This document shows positions 39,201-53,010 of a stretch of DNA of 64,000 bases, one piece after another. This DNA is from Marsupella aquatica. Its lineage: Eukaryota > Plantae > Marchantiophyta. Location: positions 2,145,927 to 2,209,926 of the forward strand of contig OZ316898.1 in NCBI GenBank assembly GCA_973895155.1. Reading direction: 5' to 3'. Position numbers and translations under genes: made by a program. Below the pieces are notes generated by a model, which saw only the letters and a program-made list of their open reading frames with translations, ran no database searches and was not told where the DNA came from. Each line of letters begins with the position of its first letter. Within the stretch, counting starts at the first letter, position 1.

Positions 39201-40470
39201 GCCGGTGATAGAACTCCTCCTGAAGCAAAATCCAGTCCCCCGACAAAAACCGTTGCAACCTGGCAATGGTCTCCCTATGCCCGGCCGGGCCCCCACGAGG
39301 AGGGAGGGTCAACACCCAATGAGGAAGCAAGAGGAGTAGGGACCAGGCACCAACATCAGTGGGGTCACGCGCCAGCCGGTCAAAAGGAAGACGAAAGGCC
39401 TGCCGAAGCAGGGGCCGCAAGGGCACAGGAATCCGGGTATACAATCGAGGATGCCGAAAACCAGGGTAAAGAGCCGCAAGGACATCCAGGTGGGCTAGCC
39501 AATCCCAGGAAGAAGGGGGGGGCCAGACGGGGGAGGGGGAAGGGGGGCAGGGGGAAGCACAGAGGAGGAGGAAGCACGAAGAGCGGGACATGAGCGACGA
39601 TGGCGAGTCAGACCAGATGGTTGGTACCAACTGTGACAAGCATCACACTGGACACGGGAGTCAGAAGGAGAAGGGGGGGGAAGAGGGGCGGATCCGACGA
39701 GCTGAACGAGGGGTGGAAGATGGAGAAGCCATAGGGACAAGAGAGGTAGGTGGTGAACTGGGATAGGAGAGGGGTTCCATGGGAAAAAGCTGGGAAAAAG
39801 CTGGGATAAAGGGTGGGGGCAAAGGAAACGAAAATAAATGAACGGAACAATGAGAAAAGAGTACAAGAACAACACCGGAAAACTCGAGAAAAACAAAAAC
39901 ATAAACGAAGGAACAAGGGATGGATGTCCAAGGCAAAGAACCTCAACCCGGTAGTGGCAAGCCGCGCCGAACACAGAAACCTGGTAACCCGAAGGAACGC
40001 CTCCAATGACCGAACGAAAAAACCCCGCAGGCACGGAGCCAGAGTGCGAACGGGTACAGCCAATGGTGGGGACCCAGCCCCACCAACCAAACCAGGTCCG
40101 GGGCCGCTAAGCACAAATCCGCCAAGGAAAACCGGGCCGCCAAGAAACCCAACCCAACTGGGGCCGTCAAGAAACCAAAACACAACCCGGGGGGGGGGGG
40201 GCAACCTTCCCAGGTCAAGGGCCGTCAAACCCGGGCGCAGGGCCACACGTCCCGGGCCCAGGGCCACCCTTCCCGGGCGCAGGGCAGAGCCAGGAGCGTC
40301 AGCCCAGGCTGACGACCTCCGCTCCAGGGGGCCGGGGGACCCTCATTATTACCCCCACGCCTCCACCTCCGCACCGCAGCTTCGCACCTCCGCACCGCTC
40401 CACCTCCGCACCTTCTCCGCTGCCTTCCACCGCCGCCGCTGCTCTGCACCTCCGCTGCTCCGCTCAGAGG
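36250..40470 (-). mobile_element. CRE-clade non-LTR retrotransposon (RT plus restriction-like endonuclease), near full length; boundaries approximate
   Basis: Single long coding region with N-terminal zinc finger, RT, zinc knuckle and RLE; GC-rich repetitive 5' leader; T-rich 3' trailer. No APE domain or LTRs seen. Confidence 0.85.
36592..39732 (-). pseudogene. CRE-type polyprotein (ZnF-RT-CCHC-RLE), broken by about 5 frameshifts
   Basis: CDACHSWYQPSGLTRHRRSC; VRPLAIGEVLYRLVSR; HQFGVATPGGCE; DVANAFNSVSR; GTRQGDPLG; SVADDTHI; VLGVPFG; GGLG; CVCG..HILQC..THDDIRD; DVVVADP..ARLKEEAY..FYPFAVEVFG. Confidence 0.88.
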
Positions 40471-42219
40471 AATGAGAACGAAAAGAACTAAAGCCCTAAT
40501 GAGCTATGAACTGGAAATCCTGCCAACATGAAACGGGCAAGAGAAATAATTTGACTCGAGACCCTAAAATCAATCACCCGGCTTGACTAAACTAGACAGT
40601 GTCAAATGCCTGATCCCTCTATAGAGAGATTGCCATCAGCAGTTGTCAGTTGCTCTACATTCCATCGACAAAAACCTGGAAAACATCCAGTGTGGGTGAG
40701 TTTTGTTCCTTCCTTTCAAGTTTGTAGAAGGACCATGGGGAGTATTTTGGCTGGATGTGTATTACAAGGTATGCCGTAAATATAGTCTTGAGATTAGGTA
40801 TGTATGATGGAATCTTGCAAAAGTGTGTAGGGCAGGTTTGCCCATGTTCTATGAGGGCTACTGGTAAAGCCAAACAGTTAAAAAGGTCTTTGTCATGAGA
40901 AAATGCATGCCCACAATCATATTCTAAATTTTGTTTCAAATATCTGGTCCACTATAGAGGGCTCAGGCATTCACTATTATGTGGAGGACTGAGGTTGTTG
41001 GTTTTGGGGCCTCTAAACCAATTCCTCTTACTAGTCACTCTTCCTATGCAGCTTCCCTGAGCTTTAGCAAGATTTTCAGTTTACTACTGAATAGAATTTA
41101 CTTCCCTTGCCATTGTGTGGGACTCTTGGTATTTTTGGCTATTTGGTGTTCCTAGAGTTTTTCACTTGTTTTCTCCCCTTTACCGGGTATCCGGTCTTTC
41201 GGATCTTATCTCCCGATTTGGCATTTTTGGTTCTTTGGCAGTGCACAATATACAATGTTTATCAAAATATACTTAGAGGCTTAGATATGTCATAGCCCTT
41301 ACATGTTGTGCATTGTGGCTTATACTCACCTCTATGCTGGTGCCAGCCATTTTTTGTAGGCAAAAATTAGCCAATCACTTACCTTAAAACAGGCAGGCTA
41401 GTGATACTCAGGGTGAAATTTTTTTAAATACATTTCATTTTCCACCACCTAATGCTCTATGGGGGAGTGTCAGCCAGGAAATACTCTACAATAGTGGGAA
41501 GTACTGTATGATTGAAGTAAAATATTTCATAACCAGACCTGTGCTTGTCTGTAGTGTAAAATAGTAGCCACCTTGGTTACAATTCAAAAATAAGAAAAAG
41601 TGGCTGGTTGTTGCCCTTGTGCAAGAAACACAAGCCCTCATTCCAGTGCGTTAATGTACCAATGTGTGTCTCCCTTGCCACTCTTTGTCAAGCTCGCTGT
41701 CAAGACATTCTTTGGGTTTTTGTCATTTTTTATGTGACAACCATTGTTGTCACTGAGGAAGGAAGTCAGGTCACAACACGTAACTCTCCCAGAAAACTTT
41801 TGGTAAATGTCCCCATAAAGCTTAAGGTGATAGGCACCCACTGTTGCTGCAAAAATAAGTAAGGAACCCCATATGGGTTGGCTCAAACAATTAGATTACA
41901 ATAGTAAAATTCATGTCAACGCTGCTATCACTAAGCCCTGTCACTAGGGTCCCATCTAGTCTCTTTCCTTAATCTTGCATTGCCTGCAAATATCCCGGTT
42001 CACAGTCACACAGCATACATAATCAAAAGTTTAGGATCGCAAACCCATCAATCTTTTATCAAACAAGTCCAGCTAAATATGCAAATAGGCTCTTTTCTTA
42101 TGGCATAAAGTCCTTCCTACACATTAATGTCCATTCCCAGACAACAACAAGCAAGACATCCTGGTAGGCTCTGGCTGCTGAACATGTCAATGCAGTTTGA
42201 TAGAGTGGACTACCAAGGC

Positions 42220-45200
42220 TTATGAGGCTGATTTGGGCGTATCAGGCTCTCTAGGGGTGCATTCAGAAGCATTTGATTTTGGAGTGCAAAGCTGATCTGG
42301 AGTGGCGTATGGGTTTGATTTTGGAGACGCAGACTGGGCAGGACTGCCTGAGGCATTTGTCTTGGGAGTTTCAGCCTGTGCAGGACTGCCTGAGATGTTA
42401 GATTTGGGGGTATCAGGTTGAGCTGGTGATGCTTGTGAGCTAGTACTACTCCATGGTGGTGGTTTGGTTCCTTGTGGTTCTTCCTTTTCTTTGGCCTCTG
42501 GTGGAGAGTTTGAAACAGGCTTTCTATAGTCCCATATCAAAATGGCGCCTTCTTCTCCAACCGATACAATTTTTTGCTGGTCTGGACTAATTCTCACCTG
42601 CAACATGCCCACTCTCATTACATCTTGAGCATTTGTACTCAGTGGTTTATTCAACGGCACTAATCAATTCCTGGTACAGTACTAACAAATCTGCCTATTT
42701 ATTATTGTGCGTGCGTGCTGAATGCATGTTGACAATGATGATAATCAATGAATTAACGTTATCTTTGAGAAGCACATGAGCACATTTCTCGAATCTAAGA
42801 ATATGCTGTTCACAAGTTATTGTGCCATGAAAAGTTCATTTGCAGTGATAGTAATTGGAAATGGACTGATTTTGTCACTCCAAACTTTTTGTGAATGTTA
42901 TCAGTTTGAAAGGGTATCCTTGAGGATCATTGCAAAGCTAGTAGGGAAAGAAAGAAGAATTCAGAAGTTAAGAGCTTCAATCTTTAAGTTCAAAGTGTAG
43001 GATTGGAGATTGAAAACCAATCAGAACAATTTTCAAAAGATTTAGGGTTTAGGGTTCATTTATTCTCCATGTAAGAACAAAATTGTTCTGATTGGTTTTC
43101 ATGACAATAAGAGAAATTGGATGGTTCTGGGTTTCAAGACAAAAGAAATATCTGCAGGTTGAAGGGACCAAGACTACCCAATATGCTCAGTTCAGTAGTC
43201 AAGTATTCTAGTCGTGATGTACTGCTATATGAAACAAACGCAATGAAAAGACAGGAAAACAACATAGTAATCCAATATTTCATCTGGTGCGGTTTTCAAT
43301 TTGAAGGTTAAAGAGCATGGTATAATTGGTTGTACCTTAGTAATTGGCTCACTGTGTCCAAGGCCAACAAAGTAGTTGTGGCCCTCATCATAGTTCCACA
43401 ATTTTACTTCACGATCTACACCACCGCTCACCATGCCAGCTCCATCTGGACTAATGTCGATCGAATAAACTTCTGAAGTGAGGGATCCGTCTAGTATTCG
43501 GATAGCTTGACAATCATAAGCATCCCACCATGTTATCTGCAATCAGTAGATCAGCACAAACAATTTAATTAAGAAACTGATTGTGATGAGCAAGACAATA
43601 TAATAGCCCTTTCAACTTGGAGTTATATGTTAAGGACAAATAGATTTTCCAAACTAGCCCCTCCAAGAATGAAGCTAGATAGAATCTGAATAACATGAGC
43701 TAGAAAAATACCTTGCGGTCCGTCCCAGTTGTCAGGATCTGACTTTCATCAGGATGATACATTGCTGCCTTGAAGAACGAGGATGCATACATACTGTTGT
43801 TTCTTGCAAACCTCTGTTCCCACATGGACAACAACATCCTTTGGTCATTGTTATGGTGATCAAAAGCAATACAGTAGATTCATGGAGCTTCCTAGTGGTA
43901 CTACGATGCTGGACTAGATCTGGCTCGAAAACTAAAGGTAAAATGTTTTGCTACTTCTAGAATGTACTTAAAAGAATCTGAAGTACATTCCAGAAATTCT
44001 TTTTGTAACTCACACCTTTGCAACTAAACACTGCCATTATTTTACCACAGCACAATCTTATCATATAGGGGTTATACACAGACTAAAAACTTTGTCTTGC
44101 CCAGAGGCTATAACCTCACTTGTAGGGATATACATCTAGCAGACTTTCTGGTTTCTATTTTCTGTCCCTTCCCTTGTATGGGATTTATCTGTGGGATTTA
44201 CTGACTCAAATTTTTTTGATTCACTCATCTATGATTATCAAAGTTAAAAGATCCAAGTTGTCTGCTCGTTGACTTGTTGAGCTTTGATATTTGCATATCA
44301 CTAAGTATTTTGAGTACAAAACAAAAAAACTCTGGATGAAGCAGGTAAGTGAACATGGAGAGAAACAGTTATACCGATAAATCCCAAATTAGACAGGATC
44401 CATCACTGCTCGAGCTTACACACTCGCTGTTGTTTTTCCGCACCTGTCCTTGCACAACATGGCCAAGTCTTTTCAGAGTTTCTAACCACATTGTTCTGAG
44501 CCCCGAGTCCAGCACACCCATATTTATAGGATGCACATTTTATTGACAAAACTCTATCTAAGAAAACAAATGAGACCCCATGGATTCCCTCATAACATGG
44601 GGACCTACCAAATAGAAAAACAATTATTGCCAATGATCATTCAGTCCAATAGACATGCCCAGCAACAAGTGGCATGGAAGGCCATGTGATGTTGGATAGA
44701 GAATCCGTTTGTAGAAGTACCTGAAGGGACGTTACTGTCCCTTTGTGCTCTTTCATATTAGCAATCAAGGAGTGGCTTTGGCTTCCTATTCTCCAAACTC
44801 GCACCTGCACATTGACTACATGGTTGACAAATGGTTAGAAGTTCGACCCCTTTAACTGTATTCCCTTAGAATAGTATTCACAGATAACAAAATCATAGAG
44901 AAAGTTGAAGATAGTTTCAAGGCTAAAAAGGATTAGTACATGTATGCTAAGATACTCAGCTTTGATTCTTTCCCTTAAACTAACACAACAGATGTTTAGA
45001 GGGATGATGATCCAAGAGAACTTACATTACCCTCAATACCTCCACTAACAATGCGGCAACTGTCAGAGGTTGGACATATTGCAGTAACTCCTTGGACATG
45101 TTTCTGCATACCAACAAAGAATTTTTCATGAAAGTCTGTACATATAGTGATATTTGCTAATATAGTACTAGGCACTAGCTATGTGAATTGTCTTTTGAGT

Positions 45201-48200
45201 TCAACAATACAGTAAGGTGGCCCTGATGGTCACTCCAGTGTTTATATCAATGGGCCGTGAGCCACTGTGTCATAAGCAACTTCCTTAAAGATTCAACTAG
45301 CAAGATTCAAGTCGACTAAGAGAGAGAAGAAGAAACTGTCAAAATAAAATTGTTGACAAGGCTCCAGGATTGGCCTTTTGCTCTGAACGAGCCAGAATTC
45401 TTTGACGTGTGCTTAAAACAAACAAAATCCTTATAGAAGTACATCAACAATGACCTCAAGACACGAGTAGGATTGGATGGACGTAGAGGCTAAATCCCTA
45501 CCCATCCCATGGACTGCATAAAGTCATCAGCCAGTTAAGACTGGAAAGAATAAGGCTAAATCCCTACCCATCCCATGGACTGCATAAAGTCACCAGCCAG
45601 TTAAGACTGGAAAGAATAAGGCTAAATCCCTACCCATCCCATGGACTGCATAAAGTCACCAGCCAGTTAGACTGGAAAGAATAAGGGACCAACTGGGGGA
45701 TGCCCCAAGGAACATTTCAATCGCCGTGACCAACTGTAAACTGTTGGTTTTTTTAGCAGACTTGTCCAATTATTAGGAAAACTTTTGGATCTCTCTGTAA
45801 GCTCAAATTTTGCCAACATGTTCTCTTATTTTCAATCCATTAAATGACTAAGTTTTGGGACTTTTCTGTGGTAATGTTCTCCATTCCAATGAGCACTAAG
45901 ATTGTCAAATCCTATAAATTAAACTGAAAATGGATTGCTTCACTTTTGTGAACCCCGAGTAGTATGGGCAGGGGCTTGGTACCACTTAAAAAACTGAAAT
46001 AGCTGCAAATGATCAGGATTTTCAAGTCACAATTTAGTCAAAATTGTAGAGATATTGTCTGAGTCTTCCTGGACCTACGCCCAAGTCCATCCTACTTTAT
46101 CTAGTCCATCTTGGCTTCACAGCCAACCCACCAATCCATGTGAACTTAATATTCGATGGTAGGGGGGGAGTCATTTTTGTTGTTTTATTTGAATGAAACA
46201 TTATAACTACCAGTCATGTCTTGTGCATGCAGCACTAGAATCCGAAACCTCCTACTCCCACACAAGAGTACTAACCATTGGGGTAGACCTTAAGTCTCTA
46301 TACATGGATAGAATTGTTCATTACAGCCACACTTTTCCCCTTGTACCCTTTGATTCCAAATTGAGAGTGCACATAATTGTCCTAGTGAGCTCTTGCAATG
46401 ACTTTCTATAAAGTACACTGGGCACATCATTTTTCTTCCATCATTAGTCAGAATTAATTATAATTAACGCTTCCGTTCACATGGACTTGCATTAATGGTC
46501 TTTGTCACAATTATCCATATAAAATCTATCTAAGAGTTTAGATTATCACTTTGGAGAATAATTTTCTTCTCGCAAGCTCTTTAAGACATGACAAAATAAT
46601 AAGAATTATGTCCCAGGATGAGCCAAATTAAGAGCAAAAACATTTCAGTGTGCTAAAGCGGGGCTAGTGAGAAAGTACATTTGGGCCTCCAGCATGAGAG
46701 TGTGCATCAACAATTGTGTAGAGTAACTTTCCAGTCTGTGGTCCATAAGCCCGAATTTTGCCATCGGCCCAACCACTTATGATGGACTTCCCATCAGGCA
46801 TAAACGCAACACACAAACACTCTTGATTAATCTGATCCTTATAATCGCACTTTTGATGGGGTACCTGTGCGACATGTCAAGCCAGGCAACGTCAAGATGC
46901 AAACTTGAAAACTGATAGGAGCTAAGATACCATTAATCAAAGAACAAATGACCTGATTTACCCTCAACTTAGGAGTATTCCCATCCAATGACTTTGTTTT
47001 TGGCTCTTGACTCTAGACAATACATTTGAATTGCTGGTCCCACAGCTTGGTTCCTCCTGTGTCCCCATGGATGACGGATATCTGACAAGCAGAGCAAGGG
47101 GGCCGGCATGCCCCAAGAAAAAGCCCAAGGGCAACAAGAACCAGCAGACAGAGCACAAGTCCTCCCGTCTCCCTTAACATGCATTCGTTCCTGGTGTTTA
47201 TCATGAATTTTAAACTGGTCCCATTGAGTTGTGTTGTTGTAGGCTTACATATCTTTCTGAACTGTACAAGATTTCCTTTCTAGAGAGTCTTTTCTTTACT
47301 TTGTCTATTAATTTTTTTTTGAAAACTAGGCAAATAAAAAAAATAAAAAATAAACTTTGCCATAGATGATGTGAAGTGATAATGAAGACTAATAGATTGG
47401 TGTGTTTCAGATTGTGATCATATTTTTCTCCCCAAAAGAGAGACCTGGATCCGAAGCAGCTCTTTGAGATTTTTCACATCCCAAACTCGGATATCATTAC
47501 TCGAGGCTGTTGCAAATACATCACTGTAGCCTGTTGGGAAAGCAATATCATTGATCTTGTTGAAGTGAGCAGCCTGTATCAGTTTCGGGGTTTCCATTAT
47601 TCTTTTCTTTGAATCAAATCTGTCGGTAATTGGCAAATTATGGGTTTGTTAGAGTTGGAAAAACATGTGCAACAAAAGAGGGGCAAACTCTAAAGTCACA
47701 GCTCATACACACCCAATTCAAAGGCTCTCTGTTGGGCACCATCAGCTAAAAGTAGAAAGGCCAAATTATCAACTGCTGCTTTTAATATAACTTTGCTTTC
47801 TGAAAGTGAATTTTAAACCCTCCCTGTTATGATCTAGCTGCTTGGAGATTATTTTCGCTACGTGATTGATGCATGATGATTTGTGAATGACCTGAGAAAT
47901 CTGCCTAGATGTTTCTAGAGACAACAAAGCCCATGTAACATAAATCCAACTAGTACATGGGGAGTCTTACTTTACATAGTACATGTTGCTGTACGCTGTC
48001 CCTACATAGAAACTGAATGAACCTCCTCGCTCAGTTTCAGCAAGGACAACTGAGGAGACAGCACCCACCACCTTGCAGTAGCAAATGATATCCAACGTCT
48101 CCTCTCTGAGTAGATGAACGGTTCCATTGCCACCCCCAACCAGAAGATCTCCTTGATGGGTTGAGCATATGCAATGCAACCCCTTCTCTACAATTGGTTT

Positions 48201-51200
48201 TGGACCAAGGTTTCGAAACAACTTTGGTCCAAGGCTCACCTGAATTTAATTCAACTCACTGGAATGATAAGCAGTTTGGCGTTGGTTTGCCCCTTGATCA
48301 TGTGAGCTCCCATGAATTGAAACAAACCAACTACAAATAAATCATTATTTATTGCAATTAACTCTCCACACTTTTCTTGCAATCTCTTTCACAATTTGTG
48401 CACTCTATTTTATGATGTCTTTAAACCCACATAGTCTGCGGATGGTTTGCAAATAATAATGATTTTAGATGTAACAATACTCACATGGAGACACTAGACA
48501 GTAGTCTAAAACAAAGTACAGGAGCTTGGATTGTACCCTCAATACGTCCCCTGTAGCAGTGGCAACATACATAAATTCATCTCTTGCATCGATCACCTAG
48601 CAGGGAAATAATCTCTTAGCTCCAATATGTTAGGATACTCAACTTGGAATTCTGTCCCATATTGAAATACTAGGACCTTCATAAGGATCAAACAAGTCAA
48701 AAATTATCTTTTGTCGGAGCTTCAATAATTCATTGTGTGACATTCTTTGCCATTTTTGTCATACTGATTGTGCTACCAGTGATTTGCACTTCCATTCCCA
48801 GGTGTGTAGGGATATTGAAGCAGCCTAGTGTGCAACAATGGTTTGAAGTTGACAGTCATGACAACTTTCCACCTACAAGGTTGTTAGAGTGTACCAGTGC
48901 CAGATGAATTCGCCTGTTGCGTCCTGTATCACAATCGTGAGGAGACAACTTTCTGTTGGGGACATCAAGATCCCATACAATGAGTTTGTAGTCACCAGCA
49001 GTGACAAGCCTGTTGGCATTCTGATTTAGAAACTTAACAGCTGTTGCATAGTCATAGGGTACAGGGCTTCCACATATTGCTATCCCTGTTTTGACTCTCC
49101 ACACCACAAGTTTGCAGTCATCTTGACCTCCAGTGGACACCAAGTACTCATCATCGTGCGAGAAGTCAAGGGCCTGAATCTTCACCTGTTAAAGAAAAAA
49201 CCAAACTCTCAACCTCAGTTCCATTCTCCCATGAATGACCAAACCCTCTCAGTTGAAGATGGTAAGACACCTTTGTTGGCCCACTTGCAACAAGAAATAT
49301 TGACTCAATCAAAAGCTTGTGGAGGTCAAATTGTAAGCAATGGTTATTTAGTCCTTTGTGTGTTCATAAGTGAAATTCCACCAGATTTTCAAGTATTACC
49401 TTGTGAAGATTTATTTTGTGAAGGAGCTTGCGCCCAGGCAAGTCCCAGATGATGATAGTGGCATGAAATCCCTGTGGTGCAATCTGCAAGTTGCTGTAAC
49501 CAGAAGGAAGTCAGTCCTCAAACTGCAATGATGTTGTCCCAAGCAAATTACACATTGAACAAGTTAAGTTCATCAATATTTCAAATTAATGGGTCTCTCA
49601 ATTTGGGATGCAAAAATAATTCTCATAGACAGAAATTGCATTGGTTAGTCAAGTAAGTGAACATTTATCCCATGAAACATTTTGTCCATTGAGCTCCATT
49701 TTTACAAATTGGATAGGAAGGAAGAGAATGATTTTTTTGAATTTCAAAACATTTAGGAGACAGAATAAAGGGTAGGGGGGAGGACCTGGCCACTCGCCAA
49801 ATATTTCCCACTTTTGGAAGCAACTACAACAGCAATTCTGTTGGTGTGACCTTGAAGAAATTCTTGTGATCTCAGGTTATTCTGCAGATGTAACAACACA
49901 AATCAATAGAATGATCACAGCAGGCCTGGAATCCGTTCCATTAGTCTATTTCGATATGTTTGTCTGACTCCATATTCTAGATAGGATATAAGGTGGCTAG
50001 CTGGCTGCCTGATGTTCTGTTGTTTTGAAGTAAGTCTTATGCAAGAAGGTTGCCTGATGAGAGAAGTATTGTTTACGAAGCAACTATCTTTGAGGAGTCC
50101 GTGTACAATGATAAGTAGACAACTGCCCTAAAAGTACTGATAGAAGTGACAATATTAGGACCAAGCTGGGCCAGATGGACTAGATGTCTTGTCATGAGCA
50201 TTGTTGAATTTCATTCAAGAAGAATCTGAATGAGATGCTTAAATAAAGTAAAGGGGGTTCTTCAAGGTTCAGTTGTCTGAAAAAATCTATTCACAAATGA
50301 TATCTTTGCTGTTGGTTTTGGTATTGAGCATGACAAGTTCATACTAGCAGCTTTCATGTTGTATAGGTGAACCCTCACATGGTGTTGGACACATGTTCTT
50401 ATCAACTGTAGAATGTCTGCTCAACATTTTGATGACCCCAAGAGACAGGTGCTGACAATTTCCCTCACGACTGTCTTTCTTCAGATGGACAAGTTCATAC
50501 TCCCTCAAGCCTAAATGTGGCATATTGCAGGTGGAAAGGGAAGGATTATTTTCTGGCAATAGAATAATTGGTTCAAGTTCCCAGCCGACCAGAGCTCTCT
50601 TGAACAAGGAGTGCACAGTAGCTCAACTGGTACACACAATCCATTGTGTGGAACCAAGACACAGTCTTGCATAGAGAACTTCCACACCAAAACTTGTTTG
50701 GGCTCTTTCTACTCCAGGAGTCAATCTATCTGAAGGGAGGAATTTTAAGACAGAGTTGCCAGATATCTGTGACTATTCCAGACAATTGCATTCAGGATTG
50801 CCAAGACTAAGTTGCCATCTCTATGATTGTTTGTTGACTGTCTCCCTTTCCAAAGGATTGTTTCCAAGCTAGTGAGATATAGCTCACAAACCATAACTTG
50901 TTTCCTTATGATTTAAATTCCAACCATGGATTCCTTGTGGGTTGGGGATAATTCTCTCCCAACTCTTTGTCTTTTTATGGGATTGAGAGTATAGTATCTA
51001 ACAAGACTCAAGTTTCCAGTTAAAATGTATGTCTCTTGTCATCTCATGAGAATTAGTATGAGTAGAATATGGTGACTAGCTGCTTGAAAAATCAAGAGGA
51101 CATGGTACCAAACGAGGAAGTAGCACTCAATGCATTTAACGGGGTCACTCATCACATAATTTGCAGCTAAAGGCCAAAGCAAACTCCAATTCCTACAACT

Positions 51201-51386
51201 TGATCCATACTAGTATGACAAATCTAGTCTCAAAAGCTGGGTGGAGGTAGTCACCCGATTGCGCAAAACAATTGTTGTCCCAAGGGCATACATGAGCATT
51301 TTCTTGTCATGGCTCAATAAAATTCCACTAGGAACTGTGCCTGCATACCCAATGCAGGCATCCAACGGAAGTGGACGCAATGCCAT
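42220..51386 (-). CDS. CFAP52: Cilia- and flagella-associated protein 52 (WDR16), WD40 microtubule inner protein, ~734 aa
   Basis: 14 coding exons join in frame through GT-AG introns: 51386-51255, 49881-49786, 49483-49400, 49185-48895, 48596-48537, 48239-47971, 47619-47445, 46864-46679, 45103-45026, 44804-44721, 44443-44375, 43813-43712, 43536-43336, 42597-42220. Motifs QEFLQGH, LASGQ, STGGQDD, AICGSP, DIAFP.GYS, ELLRIQV, SGWADGKIRAYGPQTGKL, YHPDESQILTTGTDRKI, VKLWNYDEG, IVSVGEEGAILIW. Confidence 0.92.
45487..45686. repeat. 66-bp tandem repeat, 3 near-identical copies, in a CFAP52 intron
   Basis: aggctaaatccctacccatcccatggactgcataaagtca.cagccagtt.agactggaaagaata at 45487, 45553 and 45619. 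Confidence 0.92.
50340..50960 (-). mobile_element. Possible decayed L1-type LINE fragment in CFAP52 intron 1
   Basis: A frameshift-corrected stretch QHL.WGHQNVEQTF loosely resembles the zf-RVT HLFWxC motif; very degenerate. Confidence 0.2.
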
Positions 51387-53010
51387 ATCTTGATTGAACA
51401 CACCTTGCCTCACCTAACTAGACCCTTCCCTAGCTGGCCAAGGGCAAATCTCATCTAAAAAATAGCACAATCTGCTGATCTCTCTTGCCTACTGTTTTGC
51501 TAGGGTCTTGAGTTCACATGATCTCCTGATTGTCATTTGACAACCAATCTGTATCATTGCAGACTCTTCTTGGATTCCATTGGGTGGGAATCTCTTGAGC
51601 AAAGTGTATTTGCTCATCTCTACCTACTTCTCATTCATTCTTCAATTCTGCCCCATTCCCTCAATTTAAGTACCACAAGATGATGAGGTCAGGCATGCTT
51701 CCATTGGATACAATGATGCAACTAGATTGCCAACTGATGCCATATTTGCCTTCTAACTTGCCTCCAAGTGTGGCATCAAGCATCAGATCAGAGCATTAGG
51801 ATCCTTTGACATTCAGTAAGTCCCTGTATGTTCTGTGGAAACTGCTGTTTTTGGGTTTGTTGGAATCCGTTTGGAAAGATCTTTCTATTGAGTAACATAG
51901 TCATGAGCCTAATATGGTTGAATTTCACTGAGAATAGAGAGACCTAATCTGTTTGGATAGATCTTTCTATTGGGTGGTATAGTCATGAGCCTATATGGTG
52001 GAATTTCACTGAGAATGTAGAGACCTACCGATTTCTAAAGATGCCTGTCTCTTTTTCTTGCCAAATTTTACTCCTGCATGCAATTAGTGCTATATGAGCA
52101 CCAAAGACTAATACTTGATTTATAAAACTATATGTATATATTGGCAAAAGTGTTTTCCCCATTGTACGTCTTGATTGCAAAAAGTCCATTGAAATATTTT
52201 GGCCAAAGTAATCCATCCTGGCTTCAATTTCAGGTGAACCTCAATATAATAACAATGTTACTTAGCGGAAATTTCGTCTTCCCCGTCCTAAAAGGAAAAG
52301 TTACCCATTAACCAATTCGTTTGTTAGTCTTATTTAATTTATTCTTTTTGAAAATGTTCACTGGACCAGGTTAGTTGGGGTCGGTGGCTGGACAGGTTAT
52401 CTGTGTCCGGCAGTTGGGGAACGGAGCTCTCCGCCCGATGAGGGTGGGCACAATGCCCAAAAGAGAACACTTCCCCCGGATAACTCCTAGCCGCCGATAC
52501 CGGAGATCGACGATCACCATCGTTCTAGAGAATTGGTTGAGCAATAATGATATAATATCCGCAGACGGGAGGGCCGGGGGAGTGACGGGTGTCGGTCGAG
52601 AGGACGAAGGAGGGACCGGTAACGTGCCCGGCGGCGGTCGGGCGGCAGTGCCGGTCAGAACCCGGTCAGAACCGGCCCTAGCCGGTGGCCGGAAGATGCT
52701 TCTCGGGAAAGGGCGAAGGAGCAGAATGGTCACAAGGGTGTAGAGTGCGATTCGGGAGATGGACCTCCGAAATTCGGAATGGCGAAGGGTTTGATCAGCA
52801 TTCGATGAGGAGAAAGAGGATTATGATGATTATGATTAATAATATTGCTGTTGACTTGGCGGTGGTCCTGGTCCTGGTCTTGCCGCGGGAACAGTGTGTG
52901 GCGTGATTGATTTAAGGTCACTCGAGCGAAATAATCAAAAAAACACCATCGCATTTCAGTAATGCAGTCGTACAGCGGTGGTTGTGCGGAGGGGTGCTGG
53001 GGACTGCTGG

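Noticed and set aside
36240-40500. Telomere-repeat targeting or TSD for the CRE element
   Set aside because: ccctaa-like motifs near the two ends are in opposite orientations, and no duplicated flank or poly(A) tail could be identified.
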